Notes: generated by a model from the sequence alone, not told the origin. Numbered from the stretch's first letter, positions 11,281 to 24,093 are shown. The stretch is 64,000 bases of DNA from Lama glama (GCA_028534125.1 CM052816.1:19036001-19100000); one strand, 5' to 3'. Program-made: numbers and translations.

Positions 11281-12235
11281 GAGCTTATCTTTCTTTGTCC
11301 TTGTCTCCAGGATGACAAGCCCCATATCTGACGGTGCTCGTGGGGCCTGGGGGCTGGGAGGGAGGTCAGGGCCAGGCTTACTCTCTGTAGTAACCATCCT
11401 GATAACCACAAGTGGAGCGGGAGATATAAAGGGGGGGATGTAAGTTACTGTCTCATAATTCCTGTGTGTCAGGGCAGGGAGGGAGGAAGAGGGGGGAGGG
11501 GAGGAAGGCAGCAGAAATATCTACGAGTGGTTTTAGAAGAGGAATCGAAATTCACAAATCATTGCTGCTGTTCCAACCGTTATTTTGCATCTGTGGCAAA
11601 TCAGTAACAATGAATTGAGACATTCTGAAAGCCTAGGGGGAGAGGGAGGTGCAGCAGAGAAAGGGTGAGGGACTCAGGACCACATCCAGATTCTGGATAG
11701 CAAGGGCTGGGCTGGTCAGAAGAGGCTTCCGGTGGGAGGAGGATGAAGCTATGCGTTGAACGATGGGAAGTCTGTTTAGGGAGAGAGATGCCCCCAACCC
11801 TGTGCCTTGCTGCTCGGCAGGCAGGGGTCCGAGGACAAGGCCGCCTGCTCTCAGGGTTCTCGGTTTAGGCTCCATCCACCTCCCAAATGACTCAGTTATA
11901 CACAGCAGCCATTCATTTGTGTTTCGCTCAAAACAAGAGGTCCTTTCCGTAGTGCTCCTCAGGTACCCAGCCTTGGAACTCTTAATGGCCATGAAAATAC
12001 AGTTCTCTTGTCCTATCACTAAAGGCAGCCATGTGCTGAACAAGCCCTGAGGATTCTCCCAGCCCTCCACTGGGGCCAAGTCCCTCTCCAGCCTACAGGG
12101 GCAGGGGGCATATGTGGGGTCCTGGGCTACGAAAGGAGGCTGACTGTGATGGGGGCTCAGCCCCATTTCCCCCAGGACACCCTGCCCGACCCTGGAAACT
12201 TATGTCAGTGGCCACATTTATTCTGATGACCCTGC

Positions 12236-12907
12236 TTTTTTTTTTTTTATAGTTCTTGTTTTATTAAGTTATAGTCAGTTTACAATGTTGTGTCAATTTC
12301 CAGAGTAGAGCACAATTTTTCAGTTATGTATGAACATACATACATTCATTGTCACATTCTTTTTCTCTGTGAGCTACCACAAAGTCTTGTATATATTTCC
12401 CTATGCTATGCAGTATAATCTTGTCTATCTATTCGACATATGCCTGTCAGTATCTACAAATTTTGAACTCCCAATTTGTCCCTTCCCACCCCCCTCCCCT
12501 CTGGCAACCACAAGTTTGTATTCTATGTCTATGAGTCTGTTTCTATTTTGTATTTATGTTCTTGTTGTTGTTGTTGTTAGATCCCACATATGAGCGATTT
12601 CATATGGTATTTTTCTTTCTCTTTCTGGCTTACTTCATTTAGAATGACATTCTCCAGGGACATCCATGTTGCTGCAAATGGCATTATGTTGTCATTTTTA
12701 TGGCTGAATAGTATCCCATTGTATAAATATACCACATCTTCTTTATCTAGTCATCTGTCGATGGACATTTAGGCTGTTTCCATGTCTTGGCTACTGTAAA
12801 TAGTGCTGCTATGAACATTGGGGTGCAGGTGTCATTTTGAAGTAGGGTTCCTTCTGGATATATGCCCAGGAGCAGGATGCCTGGGTCATATGGTAAGTCT
12901 ATTCCTA
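12236..12907 (-). mobile_element. Young lineage-specific L1 3' end (poly-A tail, 3'UTR, end of ORF2), cut by the assembly gap
   Basis: T-run followed by an L1 3'UTR in reverse, then ORF2-end motifs catccatgttgctgcaaatggcatta and aatagtgctgctatgaacattgggg. Confidence 0.9.
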
Positions 12908-13407
12908 NNNNNNNNNNNNNNNNNNNNNNNNNNNNNNNNNNNNNNNNNNNNNNNNNNNNNNNNNNNNNNNNNNNNNNNNNNNNNNNNNNNNNNNNNNNNN
13001 NNNNNNNNNNNNNNNNNNNNNNNNNNNNNNNNNNNNNNNNNNNNNNNNNNNNNNNNNNNNNNNNNNNNNNNNNNNNNNNNNNNNNNNNNNNNNNNNNNNN
13101 NNNNNNNNNNNNNNNNNNNNNNNNNNNNNNNNNNNNNNNNNNNNNNNNNNNNNNNNNNNNNNNNNNNNNNNNNNNNNNNNNNNNNNNNNNNNNNNNNNNN
13201 NNNNNNNNNNNNNNNNNNNNNNNNNNNNNNNNNNNNNNNNNNNNNNNNNNNNNNNNNNNNNNNNNNNNNNNNNNNNNNNNNNNNNNNNNNNNNNNNNNNN
13301 NNNNNNNNNNNNNNNNNNNNNNNNNNNNNNNNNNNNNNNNNNNNNNNNNNNNNNNNNNNNNNNNNNNNNNNNNNNNNNNNNNNNNNNNNNNNNNNNNNNN
13401 NNNNNNN
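12908..13407. other. Assembly gap, 500 N
   Basis: Run of N; the round number suggests a placeholder size. Confidence 1.
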
Positions 13408-14509
13408 GGGCTGCCCAGCTGATTAGCTGCTCACTGACCTAGGCTGTTTGAATTATTAGGTGCTGGAGAGATCAGAGCCCACTGGTGACTCAGGGACATT
13501 TACCAACACAACATCAAAGCCAGGGGCGGCCTGGGTCCAAAGTGTAGGATAACGGTCAGAGCCCAAGGGTCTGCGCTCTGTCCCAGCCCAGCAGGTTTAG
13601 GTGAGGAGAGAGTCGTAAAAATGCCTCCGTTTTTCCAGAACATGTTTCCAGAGATTCCTGCTGGCTGGAGGAGGTAGGGCTTGGAGCAAGAAGGGAGGTA
13701 TTGAGCTGCCTGTTTTATGGTCAAACCAACTGACACATCATCAGAGATGATGACTTGCCTGATCATAACACTGGCTGCGACCAGACCACCAAACGGGGTC
13801 TCTCACTGGAGACTGACTCATGAGCCATCTTAGCCAGCGATGAGAAGGGCAGGGAAGTGGCCCTGAGGGGCATTCCTGGGGTCACACAGACCTGAGTTCA
13901 AAGCCCAGATTGTGCCCGTACACAAGGTAACTTCTCTCACTTTCAGCCTTGTGGTGATAAATTGGGCAATCTTGATAGCCAGTCCCTCCTTTATCAGGTT
14001 AGTGTGAGAAATTAAAGAATGTCCCTGAGGTGAGGAATGTGACAAGCCGGGGGACCAGATGAGGCTACTTTTGCCAGGAAGCTTCTGTCTTTCTGCCAGT
14101 GGTGTGTCAGCCATGGTCACCACGGGAACAGAGGGGAAGACCTCCCTCCAGGAGGACCTGACCTGGACACCCAGAGCCCCACTTCCTGTTCAGCCTTGTG
14201 CAATAGGCACATGACCCCTCCCCATCCTATCTGACCAGTCTCTTCATCGAGGGGCTCAAATCAATGACCAATATGTGTCATTGGTGGTCGTGGGTGAGCC
14301 AGAGGATGATGGGGTTGGCACAAATCCTCTAAGACCTAGAGAAACGATCGGTAGAGAGAACCTTCATGGCTGGGACTAGGGGCCATGTCTACCTCCCTAG
14401 CAGAAGTTCTGCAGAGAAGCACTCATAGAGAAGTGGAAGGTATTTGGGTTTTTAGCAGCTGCCATCTTTATTTAAATAACGTTATGATTTTAAAAATAAT
14501 ATATGCTCA

Positions 14510-14860
14510 TTATAATATACTACAACGACATACCATATTGATGAATCTCATCAATAACGTTAAGCAAAAGCAGCCGGACAGAAAAAGAGTTCACACCACA
14601 TGATTTCGTTTATATAAAGTTTTAAAATAGGAAATGGAACCTATGGTGCTTAAATCAGGAAGCAGTTCATCCCTGAGGGTGGCAGTGACTGGAAGGGAAC
14701 CAGGGGAACTTTCAGAAGGGCTGCTGATGGTCTGTTTCTTGATCTGGGTGCTGGTTGTGCAGGTGTGTTCACTTAGTGACAATCTACTGAGCCACAGACT
14801 CACAATTCAGTCACTTTTCTGTATGTATGTTATATTCAATAATAAATTCACTTTAAATAA
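14510..14860 (+). mobile_element. Old L1M 3' end
   Basis: gatgaatctca...aagcagccggaca...ggtctgtttcttgatctgggtgctggtt...ttcaataataaa. Confidence 0.7.
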
Positions 14861-15237
14861 ATTGTCAGGTCCATGGAAATGCTGTGTCAAAAACAAATAT
14901 AAAGCATTCATGCTCAGTGTAGAAACTTGGAAACAGATCATTCATCCTACCATCCCAAGTTACTTCCTTTAATATTTTAGTATATTTCCTTCCCACATTT
15001 TCCTATGTATAATGTGTGTGTTTTATATATGTAGTAGTATTCTTGTACTTAAAAATATATGTGCGACTTTTGTTTTCTCAATATGATATAGCAAGGATTT
15101 GTGCACATATCCTTAGTGACTCCTGAAAATTATCCTTTTGACTTTGTAACATGCCACCATATGGACATATCATTTGGTAAAGACAGCGTGAGAAAACAAG
15201 CTGTTGTATCTAAACTAGCTAAATAGTTGATAATTAA

Positions 15238-15384
15238 GATAAACACAAGGTCCTACTGTATAGCACAGGAAACTATATTCAACACCTTGTAACAGCCGGT
15301 ATGTATAACTGAATCACTATGCTGTACACTAGAAATTAACACAACATCATAAATCAACTATATTTCAGTTTTTAAAAAGGCAAA
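15238..15384 (+). mobile_element. 5'-truncated L1 3' end with 17-bp target-site duplication
   Basis: aaggtcctactgtatagcacaggaaactatattcaa. TSD aaatagttgataattaa (15221-15237) and aaagagttgataattaa (15385-15401). Confidence 0.8.
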
Positions 15385-15604
15385 AAAGAGTTGATAATTA
15401 ATGCTTTCAAAGACGGTGGTAAATTACTAGCCACCTCTTTTATAACATCATTTACGGCATCGAAACCAAACTAATCAACCAGTTACTGTATCTTTTACGG
15501 CAGGAGTGCCTTACGGCCAGGTTTCCCGCACGGTGAAACTGCTTGCGGGAAAGTTCTTTACGGCAAAAATACCAGATTCCGTTAAGGTTCAAGAAATTCA
15601 GGAC

Positions 15605-16565
15605 GTGGTTAAAAAGGCACATCTTGGGGCCTACCTTGGACTTACTGACGCAAGTCTGGGATCGGGTTCCAGGAATACGCATTTCAGCAAGCTCTTCAGG
15701 TAATTTTTTAAAAACAAAAAACAATAAACGGTGGTATTATGTATATGCCATAAAATCTGCCTTTTTTGGGGGGTGGGGCAAGGAATTGTGACTTCATTCG
15801 GAAAGCCAGCAGACCGAGTAATTATGCTGTTTAAACCATTTTTAAACATAAAATCCATGGCAGGCATTAGTCACATCAACATTGCTGTGCCAGCATCACC
15901 ACTGTTTCCAAAACTCTTCTATCACCCCAAACAGCAGCTCTGTACCCATTAAGCAGTAATTCCTTGTTTCCCCTAGCTTCTGGTAACCTCTAATCCACTT
16001 TCTGTCTCTGCCTTTGCCTATGCTAGATAGTTCACGTAAGGGGAATTATACAATACGTGCCCTTTTGTGTTTGGCTTATTTCACTTAGCATAAATATTTT
16101 CAAGTTTCATTCAATTTTCGTTCATATTGTAGCATGTGTCACAACTTCTTTCCTTTTATGGCTGAATAATATTCCATTGTATGATTATATCACATGTTGT
16201 CTACCCATTCTCCTATTGATGGTCAGACACTCCACATTTTGGCTATTGTGAGTAACGCTGTTGGAAACACTGGTCTTTGAGTATCTGTTCAAGTCCCTGT
16301 TACCAGTTTTCTGGTGTATATACCTAATAGTGGAATTGATGGATCATCAGATAATTCTGTTTAACTTTTTGAGGAATGCCAAAGTGTTTTCCACTAGCTA
16401 CACCATTTTACATTCCCCTGCATGAGGGTCCCATCCCCATCCTCACCAATACTTGTTATTTTCCATGTTTTTTATTTTAACCAGCCTAGTAGATGTGAAT
16501 TAGTATCTCATTATGGTTTTCTTCTAGTAATTTTCATGCATACCGAGTTGGAGAACCCTACTGTT
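15605..16565. mobile_element. MER5-like hAT element split by a minus-strand L1M insertion (about 15710-16525)
   Basis: MER5-like ggttccaggaatacgcatttcagcaagctcttcaggtaatt resumes at about 16527 (gtaattttcatgcataccgagttggagaacc). The intervening sequence is an antisense L1 3' end. Confidence 0.6.
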
Positions 16566-17889
16566 TAAAAAGGGTATAGAACTTTCAACAGAGAGATAAG
16601 GACTCAGGTAAAAGGAAAGGAATTTTTGTCATTTTTCAGAGTGCATTTCCTCCTCCTCCTTCTCCTCCTCCTCTTTCTGCATCTCCACACTGGTTTGTAG
16701 TGCTGAATTCAGTGGCCCATGAACAGCACAGTCCTGAAGCAAGTTTGAAGAGTTTGGGAGTTGGGAGGGCGGGGTTGAGATCTGAGACTGGGAGCAGAGG
16801 TGCAAGACCAGTGACCACAGAGCTGTGGGAACCTACTGTCAGGAATCCACTCTCATGAGGCTTTTGCCAGGGGAATGGATTGAATTTGAGCCTCTCCAGG
16901 GTCTAATGATTTTCCAAGTTGGCTTTGCAGGATAACTGTGCCTTTTAGAAAGAGCTGTAATGAGAATTAACAGTGGGAAAAGTGCCATTCAGCTTTTTAA
17001 TAAAAAAAAGTGTGAGTCAGGGGTGGGGTCTAGCTGCCTTCTCTGCCTTCCTGCCAGCAGTGTCTGTGGAGCAGCACTCACTGGGCAGGATATCAGGCTC
17101 TGGATCCATCTTGACAGATGTCCAGTAGAGGGGTTTTCTTGTATTCCAGGACTTTAGTCCAGGCTGAGTGAAAATGTCTCTGGAGGCAGGAGGTGCCCCT
17201 CACGACTTCCCGTCTCCCTGATCAAGAAGCTGCTGCCATTAGCTCTGAGTTCTGAGGGCCTGGGAAGTGTTGGGTGGGACCCAGAGCTGAGCCCTGAGCC
17301 CCCTAGAGGCTGCCCTCTCCCAAATGCCAAAACCTACTAGAAGAAACACTCCTTTCTTTGGGTGGAATTCTGCTTCTTGGGCACTCTGGGCCAATTAGCA
17401 TAGCAGGGCTCTGTGGGTAAGCACACTCTCAATGGGACTTGTAAGAGCCACAGTCAGGAGATCAAATAACCCCCTTGCTCTCCATGCAGTAGGCCTGGAC
17501 TCCATCAGAAGGACACGCCCAGCCAGCCAAGACGTAGCTTTGGTGCAGACAGCAGGGCAATGAGGCAAGCAATAAAAAGCCTAATCTCTTAAGGCAACAT
17601 GAATTGTTGGCGAGAACATAAGGGAAAAGCAACATTAGCCAAGGATCATTTTCCTCTTGTTATAGATGCCTGCTGACTGCTTGGAAAAAAAGAGGGGAAT
17701 CGTGCTAACGTGAGTGGGCCGCAAGATACAATTTACAGAACTGGTTTCCCCCAAATTTTAACAGCTAAACAGTCTTATTGCAAACATTAATGACTGCCAT
17801 TGGCTGAGCGCTTCCTCTGTGATAGATATTTTATATTTAATAGCTTGCCTAATCCTCATGATCCAAAAAAATTAGCAGTTTCATCATCC

Positions 17890-18320
17890 TATGTCAGCTA
17901 GGGTTCAGTGCAAGGAACCAAAGTTTTTCTAGGTATTTCCAGCAAAAGGGGATTTTTGTAGGGAATCACATGCTAACAAGATTTTGATAAGAGCTGGAGG
18001 ACAGTACACGAAGGGGTGACAATAAGCTGTTGAATGTGAGGACCATTATGTGGCTGAGACAACAGGAAGCTGCTACAGCTGCCACCACAGCTCCTGTCAC
18101 ACCACCTCTCCCAGCCTGAAGCTGGTGACCAACTTTCTTGCTGCCCCTACAGTCACAACAACCAAACTTACCTCAGCAGGAGGAAGAGGCCTCCCTCAGC
18201 TCTACCTTCCAAACCTCCCATGAGAACCACCATCTAGTGGAACTTTATTCCCATCCAGAACTCTAGCTGCAAGGGCATTTGGGGAGCTTCCTGGGCTCAC
18301 CAAAGAAGGATGGTTGAATT
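17890..18320. mobile_element. Ancient ERVL-type LTR remnant (LTR33-like)
   Basis: tgtcagctagggttcagtgcaaggaaccaaag...ccagaactctagctgcaaggg. Confidence 0.45.
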
Positions 18321-18972
18321 GAGAATAAAGGTGCCTAACTTCCTCACTTTTCAGTTGCATCCAGAGAGGTTAAGTCACTTGTATGCGGTCACACAGCTAG
18401 AGGGTAGGTCAAGCCCAAGTTTGCCGGACTGTGAAGCCTGTTCTTACCCACAGCCTTCTGGGGAGTGTAGGAGAAAAAGCACCCGATGTATTCTAAGCAT
18501 TCCCATTAATTATAATTACATTGGTAATTATTATTAGATCTCAGATTAAATTGCCAGGAGATGAGTATGGATTTTACAGAGATAAAATTACTCTGGCAAT
18601 CATGAGAAATGAATTGTTCCAGTACCAGGGGACAGAAGGTTAAGAGGGAGTGGAAGAGAAAGTAAGTGGGACTAGCCTAGGCTTAGCTGCAGAGCAAACC
18701 TGTATCCCCCTAGATCTCTGTTCTAGGCTGCAGGTTCTTGACTCCCTGCCCTGGGCAGCCTGGGAGATTTACAGCACCCTTGTTGAAGGGTTAGTATTGG
18801 GGAGCGCACAGCTAACGTTTACTAGCACGTGGATGCCAGGCAGCATGCCTAGCATATTTACAAAGATTAGCTCATTTTATCTGCATGAAAACTTTTCGGG
18901 TAGGTGATTGTCTCCTTCGAATTACATAGATAAGGAGACTGAGTGTCAGGGAGGTTCCATGACTCATACAAC

Positions 18973-19460
18973 AATGCAGTATTACTCAGCCATAAAAAGA
19001 ATGAAATAATGCCATTTGCAACAACATGGATGGACCTAGAGATTATCATATTAAATGAAGTAAGTCAGATGGAGAAAGAAAAATATCATATGATGTTGCT
19101 TGCATGTGGAATCTAAAAAAATACAGATTTTATTTACAAACCAGGAATAGAATCACGGACATAGAAAACAAAATGTGATAACCTGGGGGGAAATGGTGGT
19201 GGTAGCAGGGATAGATTAGGAGTTTGGGTTTAACAGATACACATCACTATATATAAAATAGATAAACAATAAGGACATACTGTATAGCACAGGGACCCAT
19301 ATTTAAATTTTTGTAATGAGCCATAATGGAAAAGAAACTGAAAAAATATGTATGTATGTATGTGTGTAACTGAATTGCTTTGCTGTACACCTGAAACTAA
19401 CATTGTAAATCAGCTACACTTCAATGAAAAATAAGAATTAAAAAATAAAGAATGAAATAA
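18973..19460 (+). mobile_element. L1 3' end inserted in a minus-strand MIR (about 18810-18970 and 19460-19560)
   Basis: tactcagccataaaaaagaatgaaataatgccatttgcaacaacatggatggacctagag with A-rich tail; flanks tgactcatacaa and tgactcatccaa. Confidence 0.85.
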
Positions 19461-20281
19461 GTGACTCATCCAAGGTCACACAGTCAGTCTGTGGTAATAT
19501 CAAGGTTGGCACCCAAGTGCATCTAAGTCCATACTCTGAAATCCTTAGTCCCTGGCTGTGTGTCCACTTCTCTGACCCTGTAAAGCCTGGCAGCCCCTCA
19601 CAGCACACCCAGAGTTGGATTAAGGCAGAAAGACTGAACACCAGCTGGGTGGACACTGCTTGTAACACAGCAGTGATGACCAGTTCCCAGGACACCAGTT
19701 TTCTGAAGAGTTCAGTGGAGGTGGCTTCCAGCAGTCCTGGGAACAGCTTGGGGCTAGGGCATCTCTCTACACCAGGGATTCCTTCCACATCCATCATGCA
19801 TTCCCCCACCTCACCCTATCCTGTGAGATTTGTGGCAAGTCCTAAAACCACATTGTTCTAGCTTGAAGGACCACAGTGGATTGCTAGTCAAGCCTCCCAT
19901 TGTGCACAAGGAGAAACAGAGATTGGGAGAGAGGAATGGACCTGCCAAAGGTAATTCAGGTGGCTAGAATCAAGGCGAGGGCAGAACCCAGGCCGTTTCA
20001 TCTCCTCCTCAACTTTAGAGCTAACATTTAAAGAAGGAGGCATCATAACCCAAACTCAGTGCCGTCAGAATCCCTTCATCACGAAGAACTTCCCCCCAAC
20101 CCCCTTACTCGTTAGCTTCTGAGGTGGTGATCATGTTTTATTTCTTGATCTAGGTGATAGCCACATGGCTGTTGACCCTGTGAAAATTCATTGAGCTGAT
20201 TACTTATGGGGTTTTTTGTTGTTGCATTTTTTTATATTATGTCAAGTTTCAATGAAAAGCTTACTTAAAAAAATAATGGGT

Positions 20282-20665
20282 GATTTGCAACAACATCGAT
20301 GGACCTAGAGAGCATTATGCTTAGTGAAATAAGTTGGATGGAGAAAGAACAAGTACCATATGATTTCATTTATATGTGGAATATAAAAAACAAACAAACA
20401 AAACCCCCAAATAAATGAACAAACCATACCAAACAAAAATAAACACATAGATACAGAGAATAGACTAGTGGTTATCAGAGGAAAAGGTTTGGGATGGAGG
20501 GGGCAAAATGGGTAAAGGGATCAACTGTCTGGTGATGGATGGAAACCAAATATTTGGTGGTGAGCACACTGTAGGGCACACAGAAGGAGAAATACAATGT
20601 TATACACATGAAACTTACATCATATTATAAACCAATGTTTTTACCTCAATAAAACATAAATAAAA
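20282..20665 (+). mobile_element. L1 3' end
   Basis: atttgcaacaacatcgatggacctagagagcattatgcttagtgaaataag...cctcaataaa; aaaataatg on both flanks. Confidence 0.85.
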
Positions 20666-20909
20666 ATAATGTTGGCTGATTAGACTTCCTGCAGGACCAG
20701 GAAAATACTCCATGTTTTAATTGAAAAGTGTTTTCCTTCTAGTCTCAAGAGCCAGAGCAAACCATATTCAGTGCTACTGTCAACTCAGTGTTTGAGAAAA
20801 CTGAGGAATCAGAGAGCCAAGAAGTTGAGGGGCTCTTTGGCAAAAGCAAAGACATCCCTTTTACTTTTTCTTTAGAAAGCAGAAACACAGGCACACATAC
20901 AAATGAGAC

Positions 20910-21344
20910 CTGTGGCAGAGACCTGTAGCTGTTCACAAATTGTGTCCCTCTTCTTGCTGGACAAACACAGGGCTACACTTCCCAGCCTCCCTTGCAGGTA
21001 GGCGCCGCTATGTGACTGGATTCTGGCCAATGCAATACCCAAAGTGGGTAGAAGTGATGGATGCCAGCTCCATGTTTGGCCCATAAACACTCCCATGTAC
21101 AACCTTTGATTGCCTTTTCCCATCTATTGGCTAATTGAAGAGTTCTCTGAGGTCTTAGAAGAGGGCAAAGCCATAAGACAGAAGGAGCCTGGGTACCTAT
21201 GACATCCTGTGGAGGAGAGCCATGTCACCTGATCAGGAAAACCTATAATGGGACAGTGCACAGGCAAGAAATAAACTTTATTGTGTGAAGTATTAAAATA
21301 CATAGCTTATTTGTTATAGAAGTTAGCCTACCCTGAATAATACA
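20910..21344 (+). mobile_element. MaLR (MLT1-family) LTR
   Basis: ctacacttcccagcctcccttgcagg...tgtgactggattctggccaatg...agaaataaactttattgtg...taataca. Confidence 0.75.
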
Positions 21345-22228
21345 AGAGCTGCTTTGAAAATAGGCGAATTCTATTCTCCAAATCACCCCATTTTCTCAAC
21401 ATAAATCCATCTCCAAAGAATTTTAAAATATCTGAGAAGCCAAAATGGCTTCTTGCCGGTTACCTATTGACTCTTAAGTCATAAAGAGTTATAATAGGTA
21501 CCATTCACCAGCTTCCCAGGTGAGTTAGGGCAGGAGATCAAGGGGGGAAGACTCTTTATAAGATATGAGAATTCACAGTCTTTTTTTTTTTTAAATTGTT
21601 CTGTCTCCTCCTTTGTTGACAAAGTGCTCAGAACAGCAGCATTCTGGACACCTTCAATACAAGGGCTAACAGTTCTGTACCACCAGAGGGCAATACTATA
21701 TAATAGCTGATGCACATATGATAGCTGAATCCTCATGAAAGGGAGAAATGGGATCAACATTTATGGAAAGTGGCAGGAGGCAGGTAGCAGGATTGTGGAA
21801 GTGAGGAAAGTGTCTTTGAGGTTTATGCCCCCCACCTCCATCTCCCTTACAATTGTTCCAAGGCCTAACTCTGTATTTTTCCTACAGGTCTAAAAATTCT
21901 CCAGCTCGGAGATCCAGCTGGATGAGGTAAGGAAAAAACTGTTCTGAGGCCACCTTCCACCAAAACGTACAAACATGCAGAGCTGTTAGAAAAAAAGTCA
22001 TTGAGAAAAATAAAATGAAAGGAGAAGCACAGGAGGGGACAGAGTCCCATTTTATTTTCTCTTGGGGCTGGGGCCTGCCAGACTCTAAGGAAACAGCAGT
22101 TTCTCTAGCAATACCCTGTGGTTTCCTATTAAAACCCAAGGTTGTGAGTTCTGCTTCCTGGAATTGGGGGCTAGCTTTTTTCCAGACCTAGCTTCTAGTT
22201 GAAGAGAACTAGAAAAGAAGATGTGGTA

Positions 22229-22299
<71 letters not shown>
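22229..22299. repeat. Compound (TG)5(TA)~30 microsatellite
   Basis: Seen directly. Confidence 0.98.
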
Positions 22300-22301
<2 letters not shown>

Positions 22302-24093
22302 TTTAACTGCTTGATGGCATTAAGGAGCAACCAAATATTTCTGGAAGTAAGATCTCAAAGAGAAGGAGAAACCAGGAATCTGAGCCCAATATTTGGCATC
22401 CCTTTTCTCCTTGAGATGTTTGCCAGTTTGGACTTTTTTATTGAAAACCTGATCAGAAAGTAGCAGCTGAGAGGCTGAGTAGAACTTCTGACAGTCTCTC
22501 ACCAGGTTGCAGGACAAAAATTGGAGTCTGAGACCTGCCAATTAGGAGGGGATATAAGGAGCAGCTTAGGTTTTCAGTGGGGATTTCAAAGATCGACTGC
22601 CTAGAATAAGAGAGTCTTAGCTCAGATTTCTGAGAAGATAGAGCCAGAGGTAAAGCTTGCATGCTGCCACCTTACTAGGAAGTACACTTGTAGGGAAGCT
22701 GGCGTGAGGGAAAAAGAGGGGTGAGGCAGAGCAGAAGGGAGAACGTGTGTAAGGGAGGGTATACTCTACAAAACACCAGGACTTAAACTTCTTAGGGTGG
22801 CTAACACAAGGAAAATCTGATATTGTCACATACCAGATGAAACATGATAACTAAATATGAAGTGGTACCCTGGGACAGAAAAGGAACATTAGAGAAAAAT
22901 TAATGGAAGCCAAATGAATTATGGAGCTTGGTTAATACTTACAAACTAAAGTTGGCTCCTTAATTATTAGAAATGAATCTCAGTGATGTAAATTGTTACC
23001 AATAGGGCAAAGTGGGTAGAAGGTGTACAGAACTCTCTGTACTATCTTTGCAACTTTTCTGTAAACCTAACACTATTCTAAAATAAGTTTGTATTTTTAA
23101 AAAAGAGTAAACAGGTTAAACCAAATAAATTTTCATTGTTGAAAACATCAATAATAATGTCTTGTGGGATTATAAACATATTTAACATCACTTATAATTA
23201 AATCACATATAGATTAAATATTAGTAAACATCAACACATGTATAATTACATTGCATACATAGTTAAAACATACAAGAACAATAGCTCAAAGGCAGAAGGG
23301 TGGGGATACATGGAGTTAAGATATTCTAAAATCCTTGTATTGCCTGGGAAATTGTAAAAATATTCATTTATACTAGATTTTAATAAATCAAAAATGCATG
23401 TTGTAATCTCTATGTTCATTGCCAACAGAATAGAAACTGAATGTGTGACTTAACAAGCAGTAGAGAAGAAAAATAGATTATAAAAATACTTAACATGAGA
23501 GTAAGAAAGGAAATGGAACATAAAAGAGGTAGGACAAATAGAAAAATAAACCTTGTATTGTAATGCTAAAACCTAAATATCAGTGTAACACTAAATATAA
23601 ATGAAGAAAATGCTCTGAATAAAAGTCTAAGGGTAGATTTAGAAACAACAACATTAACCAAATGTTTCTTTAAGTAATATACTTTAATTATAAGGATACA
23701 GAATTTTTAAAAATAATGAGATGGAAAAACATTCAATTCAAATAGTAACTAAAGGAAAACTGATGTAGTTAAGTGGACTTCAAAACAAAGCATCATTGGA
23801 GATAAAGAGGGATCGTGTACGTTAAAAGCATTACTCCACTAAAGATATGTAATAATTCCAAATTTGTATGCATTTCATAACAGGCTGAAAATATAAAAAG
23901 CAAAATTGGACAGAATTAAAAAGGAAAAAGACGAATCTACAACTATAGTGGAAGACTTTAAGATACTTCTCTGAGCAACTGATAGAACAAGCAGAAAAAA
24001 AAATCAGGATTTAAAAGAAGCTACTGAATAAAAAAAAAAGTGACCTAAATAATATATACACTACCACCTCCCAACACTGAGAGACTGAATATA

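Noticed and set aside
12818..13426. ORFs of 202 and 186 aa
   Set aside because: Artefacts of translating through Ns.
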